From: Longimicrobiales bacterium | GTDB taxonomy: Bacteria; Gemmatimonadota; Gemmatimonadetes; Longimicrobiales; Gaopeijiaceae | Assembly (NCBI GenBank): GCA_965226375.1 | Contig: CBDDCX010000007.1 | Coordinates: 288,001 to 352,000 of the forward strand | Direction of reading: 5' to 3' | DNA length: 64,000 bases | Part shown: piece after piece, positions 29,236 through 40,830 of the stretch | Layout: each line of letters starts with the position of its first letter | How positions within the stretch are numbered: the first letter of the stretch is position 1 | The notes under the pieces: generated by a model | Databases searched by the model: none | What the model saw: the letters and a program-made list of their open reading frames with translations, nothing else | Told to the model about the DNA's origin: nothing | Program-made: the position numbers and the translations under genes

Positions 29236-30212
29236 TCGATCAGTTCGGCCGCAGAGTCGAGTATCTCCGCATTTCGGTCACCGACAAGTGCAACCTGCGG
29301 TGTGTCTACTGCATGCCCCTGGAAGGCCTCGACTGGCTCAAGCGCGAAAGCCTTCTCAGCTACGAAGAGATCGCGCGCATCGTCGAGATTATGGCCGGCA
29401 TGGGCCTCAAGAGGGTTCGTATCACCGGGGGGGAGCCTCTGGTCCGCAAGGACCTCCACAGGTTGGTCGGCATGCTGTCGGCCATCTCGGAGATCGAGGA
29501 CATCTCACTGTCCACCAATGCGGTTCTGCTGGCCGACCAGGGGGAGCGCCTCAGGGACGCCGGCGTAAATCGGGTCAACATCTCGCTCGACTCACTGCGG
29601 GCCGACCGGGTGGACGCCATCTCACGGCGCCCCAACTCGTTCGGCCGCATCATGGACGGACTCGAAGCCGCCGAGAACCTCGGGTTCGAACCCATCAAGA
29701 TCAACGTCGTGCTCATCGGTGGGCAGAATGACGACGAGATCGAGTCCTTCGCCCTCATCACCAGGGACAGGCCCTGGCACGTGCGTTTCATCGAGCTCAT
29801 GCCGACCGGCTCCAACTTGGAGCTGAGCATGGACAACTTCGTGTCCTGTCAGGATGCCCTGGCCCGAATCCGAAAGCTCGGGGCGCTGGAGCCCGCAGAA
29901 GGGCCCGCCGGCAACGGCCCCGCGACCTATTTCCGCTTCCCGGACGGACGGGGCACCGTGGGAGTCATCACTCCCATGAGCCACAACTTCTGTGACCGCT
30001 GTAACCGCATGCGGCTGACGGCCGACGGACAGCTCCGTCCGTGTCTTTTCGGGTCTCTCCAAACCAACCTTCGAGACCCGCTTCGGGAGGGAGCCGACCT
30101 GGTTCCGCTCATCGAAGAGACCCTGCGCACCAAGCCCGAGCGTCACTACCTGATTCAGGGAAGCGATGAGGGCTCGGGGGGTCTCGTAGCCCTCTCCCAG
30201 ACGGGCGGCTGA
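29232..30212 (+). CDS. moaA: GTP 3',8-cyclase
   Basis: YLRISVTDKCNLRCVYC, FCDRCNR.R....LRPC and C-terminal GG. Confidence 0.97.
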   Translation: MIDQFGRRVEYLRISVTDKCNLRCVYCMPLEGLDWLKRESLLSYEEIARIVEIMAGMGLKRVRITGGEPLVRKDLHRLVGMLSAISEIEDISLSTNAVLLADQGERLRDAGVNRVNISLDSLRADRVDAISRRPNSFGRIMDGLEAAENLGFEPIKINVVLIGGQNDDEIESFALITRDRPWHVRFIELMPTGSNLELSMDNFVSCQDALARIRKLGALEPAEGPAGNGPATYFRFPDGRGTVGVITPMSHNFCDRCNRMRLTADGQLRPCLFGSLQTNLRDPLREGADLVPLIEETLRTKPERHYLIQGSDEGSGGLVALSQTGG

Positions 30213-30330
30213 CCCGGGCACATCGCCCCGTAGGAGGGGTTTTGGAGGCATGGAGTTTCCCCTCGGTCTCGGGTAACTTCCGTGGGGCGAACGCCCTGAA
30301 AACAACGAAAAACCTTCCAGTCATGGTCAG

Positions 30331-31263
30331 ATGAGCGTGAATAAGATCACTGTCGTAGGAGCGGGCCACGTAGGCGAGACCTGTGCCCAGAGATTGGCGG
30401 AAAAGGAGCTCGCCCGTGAGGTCATCCTGATCGACATCGTCGAGGGCATTCCTCAGGGCAAGGGACTCGATCAGTGGGAGAGCGCACCCGTCGAAGGGTT
30501 CGACTCCCGCATCATCGGGACCAACGACTACGAGGCGGCGGCGGGGTCCGGAATCTTCATCGTCACTGCGGGCATCGCACGAAAGCCCGGCATGAGCCGT
30601 GACGACCTGCTCAAGACCAACGCCGGCATCGTGGAGTCCGTCTCGAAGGAGATCGCCAGGGTGGCGCCCGACTCCATCATCATCATGGTCTCGAATCCCC
30701 TGGACGTCATGTCACATGTGGCCATGCAGACTACGGGATTCCCGCGTGAGCGCATCATCGGCATGGCCGGGGTCCTCGACACCGCACGTTATCGCTCCTT
30801 CATCGCCCTGGAGCTGGACGTGAGCGTCGAGGACATCCAAGCGCTGGTGCTCGGGGGGCACGGTGACACGATGGTGCCGCTCGTCTCCACCACGAACATC
30901 TCCGGGATTCCCCTCACCCACTTCCTGGATGACGATCGCATTGCCGCCCTGGTCGAGAGGACCCGCAAGGGAGGTGCGGAGATCGTCGGTCACCTCAAGA
31001 CCGGCAGCGCTTACTATGCGCCGTCATCGGCGGCCGTTCAGATGGCCGAGGCGATCGTCAAGAACAAGCGTCGCATCCTTCCGTGCGCGGCGTATCTCCA
31101 GGGTGAGTTCGGCCACGAAGGCATCTTCCTGGGTGTTCCGTGCAAGCTCGGGGAGGGTGGGTTGCAGGAGATCATCGAGGTGGAGCTCACCGAGGCTGAG
31201 GCAGCCGAGCTGGCGAGCAGTGCCGAGGCCGTTCGGGGCACCATGGAGGCTCTCGCCGGCTGA
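30331..31263 (+). CDS. mdh: Malate dehydrogenase (LDH-like)
   Basis: [26 protein letters not shown] and SAYYAP. Confidence 0.97.
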   Translation: MSVNKITVVGAGHVGETCAQRLAEKELAREVILIDIVEGIPQGKGLDQWESAPVEGFDSRIIGTNDYEAAAGSGIFIVTAGIARKPGMSRDDLLKTNAGIVESVSKEIARVAPDSIIIMVSNPLDVMSHVAMQTTGFPRERIIGMAGVLDTARYRSFIALELDVSVEDIQALVLGGHGDTMVPLVSTTNISGIPLTHFLDDDRIAALVERTRKGGAEIVGHLKTGSAYYAPSSAAVQMAEAIVKNKRRILPCAAYLQGEFGHEGIFLGVPCKLGEGGLQEIIEVELTEAEAAELASSAEAVRGTMEALAG

Positions 31264-31343
31264 CGCCCCGGGGCCGCTCGGGGCTCCGGCCCCGTCTCTT
31301 CAGCGGCTCGGAGCACGGCCGGTGCTGATCGGTGGGAGACACC

Positions 31344-32036
31344 ATGCGTCGAGTATTCACACTGTACGGGTCATCGGTGGGCAAGAAAACCGCCATGGCC
31401 CTGTCCGGTCTCGCCCTGGTCGGATGGCTCTTCGGCCACATGGTCGGCAATCTGAAGGTTTTCCTGGGAGCCAACGAAGCCGGCATCCAGCACATCGACG
31501 AGTACGCCGAGTTCCTCCGCACGATGGGTGAGCCGATACTGCCCGAGGGTTTCAGCCTCTGGGGGATCCGGCTCCTCATGCTGGCGTTGATCGGCATACA
31601 CATCGTTGCGGCGACGCAGCTCTATCTGCAGAACCGGGCGGCCCGAACGACCCGCTACACGAAAGAGGAGTCGATCTCCTTCACGTATGCGTCGAGGACG
31701 ATGCGGTGGGGTGGGGTGATCATTCTTCTCTACATCGTCTACCATCTGTTACACATGACCGTCGGCTCGCTTCATCCGGACTTCGAGCACGGCGCCGTGT
31801 ATCGCAACCTAGTCATCGGATTTCAGAACCCCATGGTGGTCGGTGCATATACCGTGGCCACGTCGGCACTCGGCCTGCACCTGTACCACGGTCTCTGGAG
31901 TATTTTTCAGACGCTGGGCGCGAGCCACCCTCGGTACGACGACCTTCGTCGCCCGCTCGCGGCCGTGCTCACCTTTGTCATGGTGGGCGGATTCCTGTCC
32001 GTGCCCTGGGCGGCGCTGATCGGGATCCTCGAGTAG
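31344..32036 (+). CDS. sdhC: Succinate dehydrogenase cytochrome b558 subunit
   Basis: SSVGKK.AMALSG, HMVGNL and HLYHG.WS.FQTLG; five TM helices. Confidence 0.93.
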   Translation: MRRVFTLYGSSVGKKTAMALSGLALVGWLFGHMVGNLKVFLGANEAGIQHIDEYAEFLRTMGEPILPEGFSLWGIRLLMLALIGIHIVAATQLYLQNRAARTTRYTKEESISFTYASRTMRWGGVIILLYIVYHLLHMTVGSLHPDFEHGAVYRNLVIGFQNPMVVGAYTVATSALGLHLYHGLWSIFQTLGASHPRYDDLRRPLAAVLTFVMVGGFLSVPWAALIGILE

Positions 32037-32044
32037 TGACGATC

Positions 32045-33961
32045 ATGGAACTGAATCCAGGAACCCCGGCCGGCCCGATCGAACAGAAGTGGAACAAGCA
32101 CAAGTTCGACACGAAGCTGGTGAACCCGGCCAACAAGCGTAAGTACGACGTCATCGTGGTGGGGACGGGCCTAGCGGGAGCGGCGGCCGCGGCCACCATG
32201 GCCGAGCTCGGATACCACGTGAAGGCCTTCACGTATCACGACTCGGCCAGGCGGGCCCACTCCATCGCAGCCCAGGGCGGGATCAACGCGTCCAAGAACT
32301 ACCAGAACGATGGAGACAGCGTTTACCGGTTGTTCTACGACACGGTGAAGGGTGGGGACTTTCGTTCAAGAGAGGCGAATGTCTACCGGCTCGCCGAGGT
32401 GAGCGAGAACATCATCGATCAGGCGGTGGCCCAGGGCGTGCCCTTTGCCCGGGAGTATGGCGGTCTGTTGGCCAATCGCTCCTTCGGGGGAGCGCAGGTA
32501 TCACGCACCTTCTACGCACGCGGACAGACGGGTCAGCAGCTGCTCCTGGGAGCCTATCAGGCTCTGCAGCGGGCCGTACAGAGCGGCATGGTTCAGATGC
32601 ACACGCGCCAGGAGATGCTCGACGTGGTCCTTGTGGAGGGAGAGGCCCGGGGGATCGTCACTCGCGACCTGGTGAGCGGAAAGGTGGAATCCCACACCGG
32701 CGATGCGGTGGTGCTGGCCACGGGCGGATACTCCAACGTCTTCTACCTGTCCACCAACGCTAAGGCCTGCAACGTCACGGCCACCTGGAGAGTTCACAAG
32801 CGCGGTGCCGGTTTCGCGAACCCATGCTTCACGCAGATTCACCCCACGTGTATTCCGCCGGCCGGCGAGTATCAGTCGAAGCTCACGCTCATGAGCGAGT
32901 CGCTCAGAAACGACGGTCGTATCTGGGTGTCGAGCAGCGATGGGGACGAACGCCTACCGGGCAGCATCCCAGAAGACGAGCGCGACTATTACCTGGAGCG
33001 CATGTATCCGAGCTTCGGAAACCTGGTCCCCCGTGACGTGGCGTCGCGACGGGCCAAAGAGATGGTGGACGGTGGCCACGGTGCAGGGCCCCGTCGAAAC
33101 GGAGTCTTCCTCGACTTCTCCCACTCCATCGACCGTCTCGGGCGCGATGCCATCAGCGAGCGCTACGGCAACCTCTTCGAGATGTACGAGAACATCACGG
33201 GAGAGGATCCGTACAGCCAGCCGATGCGGATCTATCCGGCGCCCCACTACACAATGGGCGGCCTGTGGGTCGACTATGACCTTCAGAGCAACGTGCCGGG
33301 CCTTTTCGTCATTGGAGAGGCCAACTTCTCGGATCACGGGGCCAACCGTCTCGGTGCGAGTGCCCTGATGCAGGGTCTTGCGGATGGGTACTTCATCCTA
33401 CCCGTGACCATCGGGAACCATCTGGCTCGCATCAAGCACGACCGTGAATTGGGCCCGGACGCATCAGAGTTCCGAAGCGCCGAGAACGAAGTCCACGAAA
33501 CGACGCGAAGACTCCTGGAGTCCGGTGGCACGCGGACCGTGGACGAATTCCATCAGGAGTTGGGTGACCTCATGTGGAACCGCTGTGGCATGGAGCGGAA
33601 CGCCGAGGGCCTGCAGGAGGCGCTCGACAAGATCCCCGAAATCCGAGAGCGCTTCTGGCGAGACGTCTGTGTGCCGGGGAGTGCCGAGACCCTGAACCAG
33701 TCGTTGGAGAAGGCGGGACGGGTAGCGGACTTTCTTGAATTCGCAGAGACGATGTGTCACGACGCGATCACCAGGGACGAGTCGTGCGGGGCCCACTATC
33801 GCACGGAGCACACGACGGACGAGGGCGAAGCCCGCAGAGACGACGAGAACTTTACGCACGTCGCCGTGTGGGAGTATCGGGGTGTTGGGAACGAACCGGT
33901 CCGTCACAAAGAGGCCCTGGAGTTCGAGCACGTGCCGCTGTCGCAGAGGAGCTACAGGTGA
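32045..33961 (+). CDS. sdhA: Succinate dehydrogenase/fumarate reductase flavoprotein
   Basis: [23 protein letters not shown] and HGANRLG. Confidence 0.96.
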   Translation: MELNPGTPAGPIEQKWNKHKFDTKLVNPANKRKYDVIVVGTGLAGAAAAATMAELGYHVKAFTYHDSARRAHSIAAQGGINASKNYQNDGDSVYRLFYDTVKGGDFRSREANVYRLAEVSENIIDQAVAQGVPFAREYGGLLANRSFGGAQVSRTFYARGQTGQQLLLGAYQALQRAVQSGMVQMHTRQEMLDVVLVEGEARGIVTRDLVSGKVESHTGDAVVLATGGYSNVFYLSTNAKACNVTATWRVHKRGAGFANPCFTQIHPTCIPPAGEYQSKLTLMSESLRNDGRIWVSSSDGDERLPGSIPEDERDYYLERMYPSFGNLVPRDVASRRAKEMVDGGHGAGPRRNGVFLDFSHSIDRLGRDAISERYGNLFEMYENITGEDPYSQPMRIYPAPHYTMGGLWVDYDLQSNVPGLFVIGEANFSDHGANRLGASALMQGLADGYFILPVTIGNHLARIKHDRELGPDASEFRSAENEVHETTRRLLESGGTRTVDEFHQELGDLMWNRCGMERNAEGLQEALDKIPEIRERFWRDVCVPGSAETLNQSLEKAGRVADFLEFAETMCHDAITRDESCGAHYRTEHTTDEGEARRDDENFTHVAVWEYRGVGNEPVRHKEALEFEHVPLSQRSYR

Positions 33962-34716
33962 TGAACCTCACGCTCCATGTCTGGCGTCAGGCGGGCCCCG
34001 AGCATGCCGGTGCTTTCGAGACCCACCAGGCCAAGGATGTAAGCCCGGACATGTCCTTCCTCGAGATGCTCGACGAAGTGAACGAAACCCTGATCAAGGG
34101 TGGTGCCGAGCCCATCGCCTTCGAGCACGACTGCCGAGAGGGGATCTGTGGCGCGTGCGGGATGATGATCAACGGAGTACCACACGGCCCCAAGACCATG
34201 ACCGCCACGTGTCAGCTGCACATGCGGAAGTTCGGTGACGGGGATGACATCTGGATCGAGCCGTGGCGTGCCACGGCCTTTCCGATCCTAAAGGACCTGG
34301 TCGTGGATCGCTCGCCCTTCGACCGCATCATCGAGTCGGGCGGATTCGTTTCGGTCCGGGCGGGCAGTGCCCCCGATGCCAACGCTCTTCCGGTCGAGAA
34401 GGACAAGGCCGACGACGCCATGGACGCAGCCACCTGCATCGGCTGCGGCGCGTGCGTGGCCGCATGCCCCAACGCCTCGGCCATGCTCTTCACCGCGGCC
34501 AAGATCTCGCACCTTGGTCTGCTGCCTCAAGGACAGCCGGAGCGGGACTCGAGGGCGCTTGGTATGGTTGGAGTCCACGACGCGGAGGGCTTCGGGAGCT
34601 GCACGAACCACGGGGCTTGCGAGGTCGCGTGCCCGATGGGCATCAGCGTCAGGTACATCGCCCGACTCAACCGCGACCTCATCGTCGCTTCGCTTCGGAG
34701 TGCGCCGGGCGACTGA
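33961..34716 (+). CDS. sdhB: Succinate dehydrogenase iron-sulfur subunit
   Basis: [20 protein letters not shown] and [12 protein letters not shown]. Confidence 0.96.
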   Translation: MNLTLHVWRQAGPEHAGAFETHQAKDVSPDMSFLEMLDEVNETLIKGGAEPIAFEHDCREGICGACGMMINGVPHGPKTMTATCQLHMRKFGDGDDIWIEPWRATAFPILKDLVVDRSPFDRIIESGGFVSVRAGSAPDANALPVEKDKADDAMDAATCIGCGACVAACPNASAMLFTAAKISHLGLLPQGQPERDSRALGMVGVHDAEGFGSCTNHGACEVACPMGISVRYIARLNRDLIVASLRSAPGD

Positions 34717-34746
34717 GGGGTCGCGTGGGGTGCTACCGCTCGAGCC

Positions 34747-35568
34747 TCATGTGCCTCCCGTAGTACAACCCCCGGGCGTGTCCACGACCGAAAAGACCTC
34801 AGGTCCCAACGCAGGATTGACCTCGACGTCATCCGCACGGATGATCTTGTAGATTCGGCCCTGGTCGTCGAAGTGAACCCGGGCTCCGACATAGTGGTAT
34901 CCGTCCACGCCCCGGATGTCCTCCCACCGCGTGTGCACCACTTGGTCGCTGCCCGCCTCTCGATAGTCCACCTGCACCGGCCAGACGCGCCCCCCCACGA
35001 AGTAGTAGAAGTAGGTGTCTTGATGGTCGCCGACGCCCTCCCCGAACGTCACCCGAACCGTATGGCGGCCCGACGAATCCTGACCGTCGTACCACAGGAA
35101 TACACCGGGATCCTTGAGCTTCTGCGGAAGGCGGATCCAGTAGTTCACTTCACCGGCTATGTATGCCACCTCTTGATGATCACGGTTATCGGACGTGAGA
35201 GGCACGCCATTCAGCGAAGCTCGGGCCATACGGCCGTCCCACCCCTGGATGATGAGGTCGTCTCCCTCCCAGCGCTCGATGCGGGCTGCGAGCACGTCCG
35301 GTCCCCGGTCGATGGTGACATACCTCGGTCGCGTCCTTCGGAGTCTCCCCGAGGCGGCGTCATACATCTGGGTGGTGAGGGTGAAGCGCGCCGCGACCAG
35401 GCTCTGAAGATGATCCATTCCACCCAGGGCGTCGATCCACGCGTCTATGAACGCCACCGCCTGTGCGTCGCTTTGAGGTGACGACGCCTGGGCCCGGGAG
35501 TCGCACGGGGTCCCCAGGGCCAATACGGTAGCGATGATGACGGAACCGCAACTTCGCCGAGCGATCAT
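34747..35568 (-). CDS. Exported hypothetical protein (LolA-like fold possible)
   Basis: Signal-peptide-like N-terminus, IDALGG motif and a beta-rich body. Confidence 0.65.
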   Translation of the reverse strand: MIARRSCGSVIIATVLALGTPCDSRAQASSPQSDAQAVAFIDAWIDALGGMDHLQSLVAARFTLTTQMYDAASGRLRRTRPRYVTIDRGPDVLAARIERWEGDDLIIQGWDGRMARASLNGVPLTSDNRDHQEVAYIAGEVNYWIRLPQKLKDPGVFLWYDGQDSSGRHTVRVTFGEGVGDHQDTYFYYFVGGRVWPVQVDYREAGSDQVVHTRWEDIRGVDGYHYVGARVHFDDQGRIYKIIRADDVEVNPALGPEVFSVVDTPGGCTTGGT

Positions 35569-35736
35569 TCAATGGCCCCCTCTCACCCGCGGGTCACAAG
35601 TCCGGATCGAGACGGCCGGAAGCACACCTCGACTCGACTGCGGACGTGTCTCTAACACCACATCCCCCGTCTTGCTCCCCCTATGCGGGCCCCGTACAGT
35701 GCAGACACATATCCGGATCGTCACTTGGAGGCGGCT

Positions 35737-37509
35737 ATGAAGTACCGTGCGGGCGGATCGCCCCGACTTTCGTTGATATTCTCGCTCATCCTGGGCCTCA
35801 CGCTCCCGATCGGCTTGGCGGCCCAGGAAGCGGACGTGATTTTTTCCGGTGGGCGCGTGTGGACCGGGGACTCCGCCAATCCGTGGGCGGAGGCTGTCGC
35901 GGTTTCGGGCAACCGAATCGTAGCGGTGGGTTCCGATGAGGACGTCGCCTCCTTCCGAGGAAGCGACACACGGGTGATCGACCTGGATGGTCGCTTTCTG
36001 TCGCCGGGCTTCATCGACAACCACACCCACTTCAGCCGGGCAGGGGAGTTGCTGCTCGGCATCAACCTTCTTGAAGTCTCAGACGAGGAGGGACTGGTGG
36101 CCGAAGTGCGTGAAGCCGCCGCGCGCCTTCCCGAAGGTGCCTGGATGACCGGCGGAAGTTGGGGAGCGTACGAACAGTGGGAGCAGAGCTCCGCCGGACG
36201 AGAAGGTGACCCGGTCGAGCCTGAGACTCTTTTTCGACCGGATCGCAGCTCCATCGACCCCGTCTCTCCACGCAACCCTGCTTTGCTCTGGAACTGGGAC
36301 CGGTCGCAGTACGTCGCAAATGGTGCCGCCCTCGAGGCCGCGGGAGCCGACTGTACATGGGAGGGCGTCGAGTGCGACAACGGCGCTCCGACCGGTCGAC
36401 TCGATGCCGAGACCGCGAGACGGATCCGTGGATTGATCGCCGCCAAGACCATGGAGCAACGTCTGTCTGAGGCCCGAGTGGCTCTTGCACGACTGGCGGA
36501 ACACGGCGTAACGACCTTTTTCTACATCACTGCGCCCAGCCAGGTGGAGGTCTACCATGCGCTGCGCAAGAGCGGTGAACTCACGGCCCGCGTGAACATG
36601 CGGTTGGTCCTCGATACCTGGGACGAGATGAGAGATGCCGGAATCGTCGAGGGTTTTGGTGACGAGTGGATCCGGTACCAGGGCCTCAAGGGCTTCGTCG
36701 ACGGGATCATGGGCGGCTCGTCCGCTCGGTTCGCGGAGCCCTACCTGACCACGGGCGTCCGCGGATCATGGAGGAACATCAACAATACCGGCTACGTGAC
36801 GGACAACGGGTCGGGCTTCGATCCGGCCGGCAACATGGAGCGGCTGGTGTTCGGTGCGGACTCGGCCGGGTACAACCCGCGGGTGCACGCCATCGGTGAC
36901 GTGGCCATCGACTCCATCCTGGACATCTTCCAGAAGGTCATCGACATCAACGGCCCTCGCGACGGGCGCCGCTTCGTGATCATTCACAACCAGGTGATCT
37001 CGGGACCCGAAACGGCTCGACGCGAGGCCGAGATGGGTATCATCGCCGAGATGCAGCCCTACCACACCATCGACGACATGCGTTGGATGGAGGAGCGCAT
37101 CGGAGAGCGAGGGCGGTGGGCGTATGCGTTCAAGACGCTCGAGGACGCCGGTGTCCTCCTGTCGTTCGGGAGCGACTGGCCCGGTACGAACGCCTCCTGG
37201 TACACGTCGAATCCGCTACACGGGATGTACGGTGCCGTCACGCGACAGACCATGGATGGACAGCCGGAGGGTGGCTGGTTCCCGGAAGAGCGCATCAGTG
37301 CCGAGTCCGCCCTAAAGGCCTACACGGTGAACAACGCTTGGGTGGCTGGCGAGGAAGACTACAAAGGGCGCATCAAAGTTGGCTACCTGGCCGACCTGGC
37401 GGTCCTCGAGGAAAACCCGCTAGAGGTGGAGGGATCACGACTGAGGGACCTGCGCGTTCTCATCACCATGGTGGACGGCAAAATCGTCTTCGAGCGGCCT
37501 GCGACATAG
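35737..37509 (+). CDS. Exported amidohydrolase (YtcJ/Amidohydro_3-like)
   Basis: PGFIDNHTH, KGFVDG, HAIGD, FGSDWP and G.LADLAVL; GGAGG RBS. Confidence 0.9.
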   Translation: MKYRAGGSPRLSLIFSLILGLTLPIGLAAQEADVIFSGGRVWTGDSANPWAEAVAVSGNRIVAVGSDEDVASFRGSDTRVIDLDGRFLSPGFIDNHTHFSRAGELLLGINLLEVSDEEGLVAEVREAAARLPEGAWMTGGSWGAYEQWEQSSAGREGDPVEPETLFRPDRSSIDPVSPRNPALLWNWDRSQYVANGAALEAAGADCTWEGVECDNGAPTGRLDAETARRIRGLIAAKTMEQRLSEARVALARLAEHGVTTFFYITAPSQVEVYHALRKSGELTARVNMRLVLDTWDEMRDAGIVEGFGDEWIRYQGLKGFVDGIMGGSSARFAEPYLTTGVRGSWRNINNTGYVTDNGSGFDPAGNMERLVFGADSAGYNPRVHAIGDVAIDSILDIFQKVIDINGPRDGRRFVIIHNQVISGPETARREAEMGIIAEMQPYHTIDDMRWMEERIGERGRWAYAFKTLEDAGVLLSFGSDWPGTNASWYTSNPLHGMYGAVTRQTMDGQPEGGWFPEERISAESALKAYTVNNAWVAGEEDYKGRIKVGYLADLAVLEENPLEVEGSRLRDLRVLITMVDGKIVFERPAT

Positions 37510-37668
37510 TTTGGCGGATCGCTCGTACTACTACGGTGGGATCTCGAGGCATCCGGCGCGTGTTCCATGGAGTGCATGGTGAGCGCCCCGCTTGCCAAAT
37601 GCGAACGAGGGCCTCGATCCCGCGGCGTTGAGGCCGCGGGTACGCTTGAACTATACCGGAGAAGGTGG

Positions 37669-37983
37669 ATGACCGATCGACGTTGGAACCGTACACTCGT
37701 GCCGATGATGGCGGTTCTCTCTCTTGCGGCCTGCGGGTCGGACTCGGCGACGGGCCCCGAGGATATCGACTTCGTGAACGCACTCGATATCGACCTCGAT
37801 GAGATGACTCGAACGGCCAGCGGCCTGTACATCCAGGACCTGACGGTTGGGGACGGCGCGATCGTGGAGGCGGGGGATATCGTGGTGATGGACTACGCGG
37901 GTTGGCTGCCCAATGGCGCCCTGTTCGACTCTGGCACGGACGCCGTGTGCCACGGGGCAATTCATGGTGGACCGGGTTCGTGA
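37669..37983 (+). pseudogene. Truncated FKBP-type peptidyl-prolyl isomerase lipoprotein
   Basis: Lipobox LAAC and TASGLYIQDL.VGDG...V.MDY.GWLPNG.LFDS; similarity is lost at ~37935 and the FKBP C-terminal half is missing. Confidence 0.8.
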
Positions 37984-38242
37984 AGGAATGGAGTCCGGAA
38001 TGCTGAAGGCGGGCTCCCCCGAAACCGTATCACGGACGATCTGGGCACATGCCCACGGACTCGTGTCTATCTATCACCGGGGACTGCTCAGAATCGATGA
38101 GGACGAGTTCCGCCGGCTGTTTCTGGAATCGAGTTGGCGGCTCATGGAGGGTTTGGCGGAGCCGGAATTCGCGGCAGCCATGGGTGATGACGTGCGGGCA
38201 TCCCTCGCGGCAAAGGGACCCGGGGCTCAGGAGACTACTTAA
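37940..38242 (+). pseudogene. C-terminal fragment of a TetR-family (WHG-type) regulator
   Basis: RVREGM..G.L....IWAHAHGLVS motif with no HTH; ends 2 bp before the TolC start. Confidence 0.65.
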
Positions 38243-38244
38243 CT

Positions 38245-39699
38245 ATGAAGATCTGCAGATTAGGGGCTTCGGCCCTGACGGCCTTGATCATCGGGCAGGG
38301 ACTGGCGGCCCAGGAGCACGTGCTCACCCTCGAGCAGGCGGTGGTTACGGCCCTTGCACAGAGCGACGACCTTCAAGACGCGAAATTGGGACTCGAGCTC
38401 GCACAGGAGCAGGTGTCCGAGGCGTGGTCGCTGGTCTACCCGAAGGTCGATGCTTCCGCCGGCTATACGCGTAACCTCAGCGTGCCGATGAGCTTCCTTC
38501 CCGCGGTCATCTTCGATCCGGACGCCGACCCGTCCGAGCTGATTCCTGTTCAATTCGGAGCAGACAATGTCTGGACGACCAGCATCAACATCGAGCAGCC
38601 GCTCTTCCAACCGGGTGTCTTCGTCGGGGTCGGTGCGGCCAGCCGTTTCGAGAGTTTCGAGCGGGAAAATGTCCGGGGCCGCACGCAGGCGCTGGTCACC
38701 CGCGTTCGGATCACGTACTACGGCCTCTTGCTGGCTCAGGAGCAATCGCGCCTTGTCGAGAACTCGGTGGAGCGGGTCAGGCAGTCACTCGGGGAGACCC
38801 GATCGCTCAACAAGGCCGGGTTGTCGGCGGACTACGACGTCCTCCGCCTCGAGGTGGAGCTTGCCAACCTCGAGCCCAATCTGCTTCGGGCTCGAAACGC
38901 CGTGTCCGAGTCGAAGCGGGCGTTGAGCATCGAGCTTGGGCTCGAGAGTCTCGACGGTGTGCGGGTGGCCGGCTCGCTGGCCGACATCGATCTCGACGAT
39001 CCGGCGGCGAACTCGACGGCGAACCGTCAGATTCTCGCCTACTCGTCATGGGTGGACGAGGAGGAGGCCGGACCGCAGAGTCTACTCACCATGGCTCAGA
39101 GAGAGCGCTCCGACCTCCGGAGCCTCGACCTCATGGAGGAGCTTCGGCGATCGGAAGTGAAATTCGAACAAGTTCAGTATCTGCCCGAGATCGTCCTGTT
39201 CGGCAGCTACTCGATCACGGCTCAGCAGAACGGCAGCCCGGCCTTCTTCGGTAGGTCTTCGCTGCAGCGAGCTACCGCACAACAGGCCGGTATTCGTGTT
39301 ACGTGGCCGCTTTTCAGCGGCTTCTCGAAGGACGCCCGCATTGATCAGAAGCGGGCCACCTTGCGTCAGGCGCAGGCCCAGAACCGTCTGGCCCGCTCCA
39401 GGGCCGAGAGTGAGGTGAAGACCCTCTGGGACCAGATGGGAGAGGCTCGCGAGCGGGCCGACGCCCAACGACTCGCCGTGAGACAGGCAGATAGAGGCTT
39501 CGACATTGCGAGCGCGCAGTACAGGGAGGGGCTCGGGAGCCAGCTGGAGTTGACCGACTCCGAGGTGGCGCTCCGGCAGAGCGAGTTCAACTACGCGCAG
39601 GCGGTATACGATTTCCTGGTGGCTCAGGCCAATCTGGATCAGGCGGTGGGATTCGTCCCCCTGGTGGATTCGGACAGGGTCGCGGGCCGCATTCAGTGA
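38245..39699 (+). CDS. TolC family outer membrane efflux protein
   Basis: Signal peptide, LTLEQAV, two OEP repeats (IEQPLF; TWPLFSG) and YREG...LE. Confidence 0.92.
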   Translation: MKICRLGASALTALIIGQGLAAQEHVLTLEQAVVTALAQSDDLQDAKLGLELAQEQVSEAWSLVYPKVDASAGYTRNLSVPMSFLPAVIFDPDADPSELIPVQFGADNVWTTSINIEQPLFQPGVFVGVGAASRFESFERENVRGRTQALVTRVRITYYGLLLAQEQSRLVENSVERVRQSLGETRSLNKAGLSADYDVLRLEVELANLEPNLLRARNAVSESKRALSIELGLESLDGVRVAGSLADIDLDDPAANSTANRQILAYSSWVDEEEAGPQSLLTMAQRERSDLRSLDLMEELRRSEVKFEQVQYLPEIVLFGSYSITAQQNGSPAFFGRSSLQRATAQQAGIRVTWPLFSGFSKDARIDQKRATLRQAQAQNRLARSRAESEVKTLWDQMGEARERADAQRLAVRQADRGFDIASAQYREGLGSQLELTDSEVALRQSEFNYAQAVYDFLVAQANLDQAVGFVPLVDSDRVAGRIQ

Positions 39700-39719
39700 T
39701 AAGAGAGGCGTGAGTACCG

Positions 39720-40817
39720 ATGACAACGCGAGTGATGTTCGATAGAGGTTGGCACCGAGGGGGCCTTTGCATGGCACTTCTCGCCGGGGCGGCTTCTTGC
39801 GGTGGTGATGCGGAAGCTGTGGATGGCCGGGACGACGGGGTGTTGGTCGAAGGCGCGGCACGGGTCATAAACGTGGAAACGATGACCCTCGAGAGCCAGG
39901 AGTTCGTCGAGATCATCCGTCTGACGGGAATCGTCATGGCCGATCAGGACGTGACGATCTCTGCACAGGAGTCTGGTGTCATCCGCCGCATCCTGGTGGA
40001 CAAGGGCAGCGATGTGAGGGCGGGTCAGGCCCTCTTTGAGATCGATGACAACATCCTGAAGAGCCAGGTCATGGAGGGCACTGCGCAGGCGGCTCTCGCG
40101 AACGAAACCTGGGACCGGCGCAAGCGGCTCTACGAAGAGGATCAGGTGGGCTCGGAACTGGCGTATCTGGAGGCGAAGTACAATGCCGAGCAGTCGGCGG
40201 CCCGTCTTACCATGCTCGAGACCCGCTTGGGCCATGCGGTGATCCGGGCCCCCATCACCGGGGTGTTGGAGACACGCCTGGTCGAGGTGGGAACCATGGT
40301 CAACGTAGGAACCAACGTGGCTCGGGTGGTCTCACTCGACCCGATCAAGGTCGCCGCGGGAGTGCCGGAACGATATGCCCCCGACGTGTCCGTCGGTGCT
40401 TCGGTTACGGTCTTCCTGGAGGTCATGGATCTCTCCATCGAAGGGAACGTCAGCTACGTGGGTGCGACCGTGAGTCCGAGCAATCGCACCTTTCCCATCG
40501 GGCTCGCGATGGCCAATCCGAGTGACTTCATCAAGCCACAGATGGTGGCGAATTTGGCCCTGGTGCGGAGGGTGCTGAGTGACGCCATTGTCGTTCCGCA
40601 AGAGGCGCTGATGAGAGTGGAATCCGGATATGTGGCGTATGTGGTGGAGGGCGACGGGGAAGAGTCCGTGGTGGTGACCAGGAGCGTGACAACCGGTCCC
40701 AGCCAGCAGAACGGAGTGGTAATCGAGGGGGGCTTGGAGCCGGGCGACCGGCTCATCGTGGTGGGCCAGCAACAGGTATCTGCCGGCGACCATGTGAACG
40801 TGGTGGGGACAAGGTGA
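39720..40817 (+). CDS. RND periplasmic adaptor (membrane fusion protein)
   Basis: Lipoyl halves (VDKGSDVRAGQ.L, IRAPITG), VPE and GL.PGD..IV.G. Confidence 0.93.
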   Translation: MTTRVMFDRGWHRGGLCMALLAGAASCGGDAEAVDGRDDGVLVEGAARVINVETMTLESQEFVEIIRLTGIVMADQDVTISAQESGVIRRILVDKGSDVRAGQALFEIDDNILKSQVMEGTAQAALANETWDRRKRLYEEDQVGSELAYLEAKYNAEQSAARLTMLETRLGHAVIRAPITGVLETRLVEVGTMVNVGTNVARVVSLDPIKVAAGVPERYAPDVSVGASVTVFLEVMDLSIEGNVSYVGATVSPSNRTFPIGLAMANPSDFIKPQMVANLALVRRVLSDAIVVPQEALMRVESGYVAYVVEGDGEESVVVTRSVTTGPSQQNGVVIEGGLEPGDRLIVVGQQQVSAGDHVNVVGTR

Positions 40818-40830
40818 GGATCCGAGAGAG

